A DNA stretch of 64,000 nt from Leptolyngbyaceae cyanobacterium (GTDB lineage Bacteria; Cyanobacteriota; Cyanobacteriia; Phormidesmidales; Phormidesmidaceae): assembly GCA_965263355.1 (NCBI GenBank), contig CBDHHL010000011.1:32383-96382 (forward strand). Reading direction: 5' to 3'. The notes under the pieces are model-generated. The model ran no database searches and was not told the origin of the DNA. It worked only from the letters and a program-made list of their open reading frames with translations. Made by a program: the position numbers and the translations under genes. This document shows, piece after piece, positions 56,377-64,000 of this stretch (position 1 is the first letter of the stretch; every line of letters begins with the position of its first letter).

Positions 56377-56694
56377 ATGCCCGCTTTTCAAGCAGGAGCA
56401 GGGAACCTATCGAGCAGAGATTTCCCTTCTCGCGACAAAACTAGCAAGATCAAATTCGATGTATTCCAAAAGGAATACATCGAAGACAGCAGAAGATTTC
56501 TCTTCTGCTGGAAGTACCACGGCACCTATCTCATTAGGTGCTGGGTAGAGGTCGACGGGGTTATTGTTAATGTCCCAAGTGACAAGCAATGGACATGCGA
56601 CCCCGGACGAGCTAAGGCAAGTAACCCATGTGTCTCGATGCTTCAGATTGAGGTCGAGCTGGCCTCATTCATAGAACATGCTGAATGGGGTTAA
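56377..56694 (+). CDS. Hypothetical protein
   Basis: AAGGAG RBS; in the same cassette as DUF1874. Confidence 0.6.
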   Translation: MPAFQAGAGNLSSRDFPSRDKTSKIKFDVFQKEYIEDSRRFLFCWKYHGTYLIRCWVEVDGVIVNVPSDKQWTCDPGRAKASNPCVSMLQIEVELASFIEHAEWG

Positions 56695-57590
56695 ATACTC
56701 AGTCTCATGTTCCCAGCCTCGTCCCAAACGCCAGAGTAACTGTGATTTCCCTGGTGGTCTCGAGAACTCTGCTCACAAATATTCCACAACCATAAATCAG
56801 CGCCATGATGTTCACATCTGGCGCTGATTTCTTTATATATCTGTATTTGCGCCTTTCTGACAATAGGCAGGTCAACCGTAGACAATGCTGATGTTTCAAA
56901 CGCAACCTTAAGCCCAGCGCTTTGCAGTTCTCGCCAGAATGGGGGGAGATAATTTAGCCGCATTAGCGAAACTGACCCCATGGCTGATATTGCCATCCAC
57001 TGCACAGGGCCAACCTGCTTAGGAATCTCAGACTTTGTTCGATACAGGCTAATATAATCAGCTCCGATAAATCCTGATACGATGCCCTGCAAATCTTCGA
57101 GCCGGGTTACGATCCCATCGCGATCGCTTTGCTGACGGATTCTATGCGATGAAATCCAAAGTTCAAGCTCTGGATAGTCAGCATGGATGGCCTTATAAAA
57201 GGCAATTATCTCTGCCCAAAGATCGGTGTCACCACATAGGGTTAGCTCGCCTGCCAAGGTTATTTTTTTAGCGCCTCGACTGACACAGTGATTAACGATT
57301 GGGCGGGCTAGATTGTTAACATGTCCTTTTAATGTTAACGAGTCGCGGCCTTTTAGCTCAGGATAGCGACAGACAATTGGGTGAATATGAACGTCTAAGC
57401 CCGTAGCCTGGTCAAGTTGTTTGTCCAACTCACTGAAGTCTGGATTAGTGCCAAAAGCGCCAACATCAGCAACGATTGAAAGGCCATAGATCTTTCTGAG
57501 ATCAGCAGAGATTACAGGCTGGATGCCGTTGTTTCTGATTACTTGTTGAGTTATTGTTTTGTCAGAAGGAAATTGAGAATAAATTTGCAT
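56691..57590 (-). CDS. Divergent clan GH-A (GH10-like) glycoside hydrolase
   Basis: DFSELD..HIHPIV..GE..YKAIHADYPELELWIS..VAFETS..WLWNICE..GVWDEAGN; follows the tail genes. Confidence 0.55.
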   Translation of the reverse strand: MQIYSQFPSDKTITQQVIRNNGIQPVISADLRKIYGLSIVADVGAFGTNPDFSELDKQLDQATGLDVHIHPIVCRYPELKGRDSLTLKGHVNNLARPIVNHCVSRGAKKITLAGELTLCGDTDLWAEIIAFYKAIHADYPELELWISSHRIRQQSDRDGIVTRLEDLQGIVSGFIGADYISLYRTKSEIPKQVGPVQWMAISAMGSVSLMRLNYLPPFWRELQSAGLKVAFETSALSTVDLPIVRKAQIQIYKEISARCEHHGADLWLWNICEQSSRDHQGNHSYSGVWDEAGNMRLSI

Positions 57591-57594
57591 AAGA

Positions 57595-58593
57595 TTATGG
57601 TGGAAGTGGTGTGCAACTGCCGCCGTCAGAACCTTCATCGTCATCGCAACGACTATTAAAAAAGTCTTCGGCACAGCCAGGACAACAGCTGACTAATAGC
57701 CAATCTGATTGTTGGTCGGACCAAATGTAATCGCACGGAGTAACGGTATTACCGCTAGTCTGATACAGAGTTACCCGATCCCCCCTGACAAAAGATGTCG
57801 GCCCCGCTGCGCTAGGCACCCCCTGGAAAAAATTCTTCGAACCAGCAGCACGCCAAGTTGTATTGGCTAGATCATAAGTCCACAAACGATCAACCACAGT
57901 ATCGTGATGGCCTTCCCCATCAACGGTACCTGGTGGAGCTGGCGTAGGGGGCGGCCCTGCAACATAGTTAATAGTTGCGCCCCCACCCCCCCCACCAACA
58001 GGTCGCCATATATCAGCAGCTTGGTCATAAAAAAATACTGACGAATTAGTCGTGTTGTAGTGCAGCTGGCCGTTTACTGTCCCTGACGTGATCGGGTCGT
58101 TGGGCTCGAATGTAACAACTACTCCGCCGGAAGCCAACTTCACAAACTGGCCAATTTTTTGTATCCAAACATAAGCATTGGCTTCGTTAAAGTTGCCCTG
58201 AATGCCAGTTTGTTCAAGCCACAAATCACCGTTGGCCCCAAAATCACTGCCCTGAGTAGGCGGCCTAAGAGGATATCTAACTTGTAGTTGAGTTTGACTG
58301 ACAGGCTGGTTAACCGTTTCTGTGCTGCTTCCTAATAGCTCTAGCTGCCCCCCGGTCGATAACTGCCGAGACTGTCCGATCGCTGGTTGCCGTGAAAGTT
58401 TTTGAACAGTAGATCTAGGAACTGTGAGAGAACCACCTGACTCTGTCCTAAGTGTGATTCCTTCAGCGCTGCTACCCGTGAGCGTGCCAGTAATAGTGGC
58501 AGCACCGATTCTTGCTTCAACCATTTGAGATTGAATGCGTTGAGTCGTGCGTTGCTTATTCCGGCTGGCTAGCCTTTGGGTTAGAGCGTTCAT
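57595..58593 (-). CDS. Tail fibre/tail tip-associated protein
   Basis: Repeated G(D/Q)L(W/H)..T..Y..W modules; ATGA coupling with the upstream tail gene. Confidence 0.6.
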   Translation of the reverse strand: MNALTQRLASRNKQRTTQRIQSQMVEARIGAATITGTLTGSSAEGITLRTESGGSLTVPRSTVQKLSRQPAIGQSRQLSTGGQLELLGSSTETVNQPVSQTQLQVRYPLRPPTQGSDFGANGDLWLEQTGIQGNFNEANAYVWIQKIGQFVKLASGGVVVTFEPNDPITSGTVNGQLHYNTTNSSVFFYDQAADIWRPVGGGGGGATINYVAGPPPTPAPPGTVDGEGHHDTVVDRLWTYDLANTTWRAAGSKNFFQGVPSAAGPTSFVRGDRVTLYQTSGNTVTPCDYIWSDQQSDWLLVSCCPGCAEDFFNSRCDDDEGSDGGSCTPLPP

Positions 58594-60593
58594 AGGATAT
58601 TTATTGACGAAGTAATTATATCTGGCGTTGCCCCAACCTGACCAATTAACCCAAAATTGCATCCAAATAGAGTCTCAGTTAAATTTGACGAGATACTAAA
58701 CCCGTTCAAAAAATAAGCTTCAATATTTCCATCAACATTCACATCAACCCTCGATACCGGGTCAAACACAGTAAACAATTCTGTCGGGATTGCTCCAATA
58801 AATGAACGACCCAGGCTTAACCCGTGCTGCCATTTTGCCGCCCATTCTGCTAGGTCGTTGCATTGAATATTGCTCACAATTACGTCAGCATTAACCCGAA
58901 TTGTCCCTTCCTTCCATTTATGGGCATTCCCAGAGATTGGCTGGACCGTAACTGACCCCGTAAATTCTTGGTGTTCTTCTGTGTAAATGCTTTCCTGATA
59001 CTCGATATCCGGCGGTCGGGTTGAGCCGTCACTGGCCTGCAAAGTGAAAGTTAATTCAGGATCTGGATTGTTCACCAGGGTCTCAGGGTTAGCCCCCGTG
59101 TAATTCTTAAAAACCACCCCCCTCGGCTGCTGAGTAACTTGTTCAACACGCCACGCCTCAATCGTGGGATCTCCGCTAACGTCCAGCACTCTAGTCCAGG
59201 TAGTCGTTTGAATTAGATAATCACGTTCTAAAAAGCGATTCAAATCATAGTTGGCAGGTGTAACTTCGCCCCATTCCCACAAGCACCATGGCCGACGTTC
59301 TGTAATGGTCCGTGAACTGACTACGCCTAAAATATTGTCGTAAGTGTAGGTCGTGGTCGTTTGACTATTGTCAAGTAGTGTCAGGGCTGAGCTGTTTTCT
59401 TCCTCTCTGAATGCATCACCACCGCTAAGCCCCCGTGCTTTGCGAATCAGCTCAACCGTTTCAGTCAGTCGTTTAGTGATTCCGTTATATCGATGGGTGG
59501 TTGAGCTATCTTCAGAATCTTGCAGGCCATTGCTCGTATTGTCGGTGTCTGTCAGCAGCGTCGGGACAACGCCAGAGTTATCCGTAGTGAGAACTCTAGG
59601 CTGTATCTGTAATTCAGCTTGGCGTTCTTCATACGTAATTACTGTCTGAGGCGCACCCCCGACTGGCGTTATTGTTTTAGTCTCAGTGCTGGTCAGAGAT
59701 GTGTAGCCTGGACCGGGCACAGTGCGAACGATTACGCTAGGATTTTCAATTTCTTGAGCAAGGTCAGAACCGCCCGTTACTGTCAGTTCTCCCGGTGGGC
59801 GTTCTTCAAGATTGACGGGTTCCCATCCGTTCTCGCCAACTTCGTCTCCTCCAATGCCGATAGTTAGGCTAAAATCTGGAGCTGTTTTGAGCGTAAAGTC
59901 AGCTGGAGTGAGCCTTAATTCTTCAGCAGCATCAAGCCAAGCAACATATTTTTGAGCTGCTGCTATTTCCCCAATCTCACGCACTGTTGACCGGGTAGAT
60001 TTTTTCTGGACGGCTGTATTGACTGAATAACCGCCCGCGATCGTATCTGACGATGTTGGGATGCCTATCTGAGTCGCGATATTACGAATTAACGTTGTGG
60101 GCGTTGTGGTTGTTCCCTGGGTAATTCCTGAATAATTATTCTCTGGGGTAAATAAGTCTAGTGATTTACCAAGATCCCCTAAGTCAATTGTGATCTGAGC
60201 TTGAGAATCGCTTGTAGGAATTTCTATCCTAGGGGATACTTCCCTCAAGATATAAAACGGTGGCCAAAATCTTTCAAAAGCTGCCCCCGTCCACATGCTC
60301 AGTGTGATCCGGTTTCCCATGGCCAGCACTTCAGCCCCCGACGGATTAGAGGCAGTATCGCGGTTATCAAGACTAACTGTTGTGCTTAATTCCGGGCTTA
60401 ATACAATGCTGCCTTCCCATGCCAGCCAACCGTTTAGCCTGTTCCCCGATCTCAGTTCAGAAAAATCGATATCAACGCTAATTAAAGCATCAGAAATATC
60501 ATGCGGGCCACTGATTACAGCCCGATTAGCGTCTAAAATTTCGAGGCTTGCTGTCCAATCTCTATCTTGAGCGTCAATCGTAAACGAGGTCAT
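58590..60593 (-). CDS. Tail/baseplate hub-like protein
   Basis: 667 aa, Thr-rich; second gene after the tape measure. Confidence 0.6.
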   Translation of the reverse strand: MTSFTIDAQDRDWTASLEILDANRAVISGPHDISDALISVDIDFSELRSGNRLNGWLAWEGSIVLSPELSTTVSLDNRDTASNPSGAEVLAMGNRITLSMWTGAAFERFWPPFYILREVSPRIEIPTSDSQAQITIDLGDLGKSLDLFTPENNYSGITQGTTTTPTTLIRNIATQIGIPTSSDTIAGGYSVNTAVQKKSTRSTVREIGEIAAAQKYVAWLDAAEELRLTPADFTLKTAPDFSLTIGIGGDEVGENGWEPVNLEERPPGELTVTGGSDLAQEIENPSVIVRTVPGPGYTSLTSTETKTITPVGGAPQTVITYEERQAELQIQPRVLTTDNSGVVPTLLTDTDNTSNGLQDSEDSSTTHRYNGITKRLTETVELIRKARGLSGGDAFREEENSSALTLLDNSQTTTTYTYDNILGVVSSRTITERRPWCLWEWGEVTPANYDLNRFLERDYLIQTTTWTRVLDVSGDPTIEAWRVEQVTQQPRGVVFKNYTGANPETLVNNPDPELTFTLQASDGSTRPPDIEYQESIYTEEHQEFTGSVTVQPISGNAHKWKEGTIRVNADVIVSNIQCNDLAEWAAKWQHGLSLGRSFIGAIPTELFTVFDPVSRVDVNVDGNIEAYFLNGFSISSNLTETLFGCNFGLIGQVGATPDIITSSINIL

Positions 60594-61081
60594 GGAGCGA
60601 TAACCCCCGATTCCGTGAACTGAAACTGAGCTACACGGACTCCGTCAGATTTTTCACTGTATTCAAACCCTCGTTGGTTTGTTGGTTCAGCTTGCCATTG
60701 GGGATAATAGCAAATTGTATTAGCGTCAGCTGCTACTGTGCTATTGGGTGCGATCGCTCTGGTGTTCGTCGTCCCATTCTCAGCCCAATAATTTGTATAG
60801 TCATAGATAATCCATGGGCCAGGGTTGCCCCAATAAGCAGCTTCCATTCGGATTAAAATCTCTTGCTGGTCAAGGGTTAAGCAACCAACAAAATTCCAAA
60901 TAGCAAATCTAGTTAAAGCCCCCGTCCTAGCTGCTGCCCCCCGTTTACTACGGACAATCCCTTTGTAACGACCATCAACCCGTGGGAATTGACCAGGGTA
61001 ACGGCCAAACAAAGTGATAGCTAGGCTATATCCGGCATGGTTTAGAACGATTCCCCGTTCTGTAGTGGTAGGCAGGGCCAT
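60590..61081 (-). CDS. Distal tail (Dit)-like protein
   Basis: Immediately after the tape measure gene; ends in FQFTE. Confidence 0.55.
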   Translation of the reverse strand: MALPTTTERGIVLNHAGYSLAITLFGRYPGQFPRVDGRYKGIVRSKRGAAARTGALTRFAIWNFVGCLTLDQQEILIRMEAAYWGNPGPWIIYDYTNYWAENGTTNTRAIAPNSTVAADANTICYYPQWQAEPTNQRGFEYSEKSDGVRVAQFQFTESGVIAP

Positions 61082-63999
61082 TAAATCACTCCCTCCGCAA
61101 TCTGTTGTTGCCGGGTTAGATCGGCTGTAATTTGAGCAGCATCAGCGATCGGGTCAGGAGTCGATACGGTTAGATTTTCGATGCCAGTGGGCAAGGTCTC
61201 TGGCAAAGCAGCAACAGCGTCTCTAACTTCCTCTAACTTGGTTGTCAGCTGTTCTATCTGAGTATCGGCTAATAAAATTTCTTGCTGAGCTTCAGCAAAT
61301 GCATTAACTCCACCAAGCCCTAAACTATCCAAAATGCTTTGAGCAAATGGATTTTGACTATCTGAAAAATTAAAAGCTTCCTCTACTGTAAATCCGTCGC
61401 CGGAACGCGCTAGCCGCTGGGCCTGATTAATTCCTGACTGCAACTGTGACGCAGTTTCACTATCAATTGCGCCTGCTCGTCTGGCTGAACGTAAATTATC
61501 TTCAAGCTGGTTCAAGTCTTCTAATGCCTGCTCAGCGCCGACATCTTCTAGGCCGCTTAATGACGAAACAATCGAATCAATAGCACTCTGCCGTCGTTCC
61601 GTTTCATCGGCAATATCACTTTCTAAGTCTTTTTGCTCGTCTAGTAAATCAGTTTGGCGTTCAATTAATGATTCAATGCCCTCCAATCTCCGCTCTCTAA
61701 TTGCCTCAGCTTCAGCGGTTTCAGCTAAGATGCTTTGTTCTTCTTCTTGAGCGTCTAAAATACTCAGTTGAACATCTAAATTTGCCCTAGCAGATTCAAT
61801 TCCTTGCGCCCTAAGTTCAACAATCGACTGAAGCCCATTAAGCTCCTCTGTCGATATTCCCTGGCTCGAACGGGCTCTATCTACTGCAATCTGGGCTTCA
61901 TCACGGGCAATCTGAGCTAACGTTATTTGTCTCTGACCATCAAGCGTTACTATTTGCCGTTGGATAGCAATCTGTTGCTGTTGGGCTTGAGTGCCTGCTC
62001 GAATTGATTGCAACTGATTAAGTAATAGCCGATCTCTGGCTTCCTCAACTGCTGCAAAATTTTCAGTTGCCTCTGCTTGAGCCAATTGAGCACTAATTAA
62101 TTGAGCCGCTGAATCAATTCTCGCAGCATCAACATTAGCTAAAGCCTGGGATATTGATAATTGATTTTCTAAACCAGAATTGTCAACCTCAAACTGCAAA
62201 TTTGTTTGTTCGGATGCCAGGGCATTTAACCGCTCTCTGGCTGATAGCTCTTCTTCAATCCGTTCTCTAACAGCATCAGCAGCGGCTTGTTCAGCTGCGA
62301 TCTGCTGCTCAATCGCCTGCACTGACAATTCAGCAGACTCCTGTTTAGCAGTGACCAACCGTTGCTCAGCTTCCTCAGCTGTAATAATGCCATCGGCTCT
62401 TAGTTGATTGATTTGATCGATTTCATCTTGAGCAATCTGGATTCGCTGCTGAGCAAAGTCAGCTTGAATATCACGAATAGCCGAATCTGCATTGCTTTCG
62501 GCTGTTGGATCTTCAGGGCCAGCTGCCAATTGAGCCTGACGAATATCATTAATCTGTTCAGCTTCTTGAGCTGCTAATCTTGCCAGGGCAGCAGACTGAG
62601 TATCCTCTAATGCCTGCAACGATTCTTCCCTGAGCTGTTCTTTTCTCCGTTCAGATAATTCAACGCCATTGGCTTCAATATCTCCCAACTGGCCAGCTAA
62701 TGCTTGGGCTGCTGCCAACTGTTCCTCTCTGCTATTTTGGCCAGCATCAGAAGACAATCTACTTCCGGCATTCACTAACGCCTGGACGCCCTCAGCACCA
62801 GCATCAGTGATTACAGCTGGTTGAACTGCCTCAGCTGTTAAAAATCCTAACTGTTCCCGCAATAATTGAACTGTATTAGTGACCCCGGTAAAGGCTAGGC
62901 CTATCGCGCCAATAGCTGGGCCTAAGGTGCCAAACTGATTTATTAAATCGCCAACCAAGGAAAAGCGATCTAAAAATTCAGTGACCGGATTTACTAAACC
63001 GGATATTGAATCTCTAACCTGAATTGCAACCGGGACAATCCCTTCAAGAATTAATGAAAATTGCCCAATTGCCTCAGCTGGGCCATCGCCTATCGTGTCA
63101 GAATATGCGGCTGATAGTACAGTAAACGCCTCAGCAGCAACGCCCGCAATTCTTAAAGTTCCACCCAGGACAGTTCCAAGATTTTCAATTGATTGGCCAA
63201 ATCTGTCGAGATTTTCAGGATCACTCAATATATTAGATAGCGAATCAATTAGACTAGCTGCCCCCGCATCAACTGAATCAAATAAGCTACGAAGGCTAGC
63301 TGATAAAACGTCAACAACTTCGGACCCGTCAACAGCCTCCAATAGTGCCTCGACTGAAGCCGCTGTATCCCCAAAAGCATCACCGTCTTCAATGGCAGCA
63401 TTAATTGACGCGGTTAATGTTCTAACGCCTGCTTCTATGCCTGGTGTCAGTGCCAAACCAAGATCGGTTCCCGCAGTGGTCAGGGTTCCCTGCAATCGAT
63501 TAACTGCCGCCGCAACACCTTGATTTAGATTGTCTGCAGCTTCACCGGATGCACCGAAGCCCTGTTCAAGCTCATCGGTTTTTGCGATTACATCGTCTAA
63601 ACCTTGCAATAACAATCCTATCTGTGAAGCACTTCTGCCACCAAAAATATCTTGTAAAGCTGTAAATCGATCTTCCTCACTTAGCGGTTCAAGTGCATCT
63701 CTAAGATCCACTAATGTGTCCGTAAACGCAGTCGGGCCTTGATTATCAAAGAATGAAACATTCAGCCTGTCTAATGCTTCTCTTGCTACATCAGTCCTGC
63801 CTCTTAAACCATCCAGGGCATTTCTGGTTGCAGTTGCGGCAACTTCAGGCGTAGATGTCTCAGAGAATTTAGCAAATGTTGCCAGTAATGTTGACGCGCT
63901 AACATCGGCATCGACAAATGAACCACCCGCCTTGCCAAATGCTTGCAAAATGCCTTCAGCCGATGTAACTGCTGTTGTATTGGCAAGTAGCGTGATTTT
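61081..63999 (-). CDS. Phage tail tape measure protein (5' end outside the window)
   Basis: Frame open to the window edge; TP901-like core (AATATRNAL..ALDRL..LQDIFG); long Ala/Gln/Glu helical region. Confidence 0.9.
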   Translation of the reverse strand, partial: KITLLANTTAVTSAEGILQAFGKAGGSFVDADVSASTLLATFAKFSETSTPEVAATATRNALDGLRGRTDVAREALDRLNVSFFDNQGPTAFTDTLVDLRDALEPLSEEDRFTALQDIFGGRSASQIGLLLQGLDDVIAKTDELEQGFGASGEAADNLNQGVAAAVNRLQGTLTTAGTDLGLALTPGIEAGVRTLTASINAAIEDGDAFGDTAASVEALLEAVDGSEVVDVLSASLRSLFDSVDAGAASLIDSLSNILSDPENLDRFGQSIENLGTVLGGTLRIAGVAAEAFTVLSAAYSDTIGDGPAEAIGQFSLILEGIVPVAIQVRDSISGLVNPVTEFLDRFSLVGDLINQFGTLGPAIGAIGLAFTGVTNTVQLLREQLGFLTAEAVQPAVITDAGAEGVQALVNAGSRLSSDAGQNSREEQLAAAQALAGQLGDIEANGVELSERRKEQLREESLQALEDTQSAALARLAAQEAEQINDIRQAQLAAGPEDPTAESNADSAIRDIQADFAQQRIQIAQDEIDQINQLRADGIITAEEAEQRLVTAKQESAELSVQAIEQQIAAEQAAADAVRERIEEELSARERLNALASEQTNLQFEVDNSGLENQLSISQALANVDAARIDSAAQLISAQLAQAEATENFAAVEEARDRLLLNQLQSIRAGTQAQQQQIAIQRQIVTLDGQRQITLAQIARDEAQIAVDRARSSQGISTEELNGLQSIVELRAQGIESARANLDVQLSILDAQEEEQSILAETAEAEAIRERRLEGIESLIERQTDLLDEQKDLESDIADETERRQSAIDSIVSSLSGLEDVGAEQALEDLNQLEDNLRSARRAGAIDSETASQLQSGINQAQRLARSGDGFTVEEAFNFSDSQNPFAQSILDSLGLGGVNAFAEAQQEILLADTQIEQLTTKLEEVRDAVAALPETLPTGIENLTVSTPDPIADAAQITADLTRQQQIAEGVI

Positions 64000-64000
64000 A

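Noticed and set aside
62180..63742. Plus-strand Ser/Ala-rich ORFs
   Set aside because: Antisense shadows of the tape measure gene

Overview
The whole window looks like part of a large, probably temperate, tailed phage (siphovirus-like) or phage-plasmid of a cyanobacterium. At least 19 HIP1 octamers (GCGATCGC) were counted by eye, and no host housekeeping genes were recognised. Layout from left to right: (1) + strand virion/tail-fibre genes (1-3 kb, 9-14 kb); (2) a PAS-domain membrane protein coupled to a TM+GAF-like (T4 holin T-like) gene; (3) DNA methyltransferases; (4) a lysis block (M15 peptidase, GH24 lysozyme, lipase); (5) nucleotide-metabolism genes; (6) a replication block with a DUF3854/D5-type primase-helicase, a structured putative origin, an SF1 helicase, a KilA-N protein carrying a copy of the primase C-terminal domain, a mitochondrial Pol gamma-like protein with intact exonuclease but dead polymerase motifs, and a 5'-3' exonuclease; (7) two non-autonomous IS200/IS605 TnpB elements; (8) a membrane ATPase/small membrane protein module; (9) surface-modification genes; (10) a DUF1874 (AcrIII-1-like) gene in one of three similar promoter/operator cassettes; (11) - strand tail genes ending in a partial tape measure gene. 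All family calls come from motif recognition by eye, without database searches. No integrase, capsid, terminase, tRNA, rRNA or CRISPR array was recognised.
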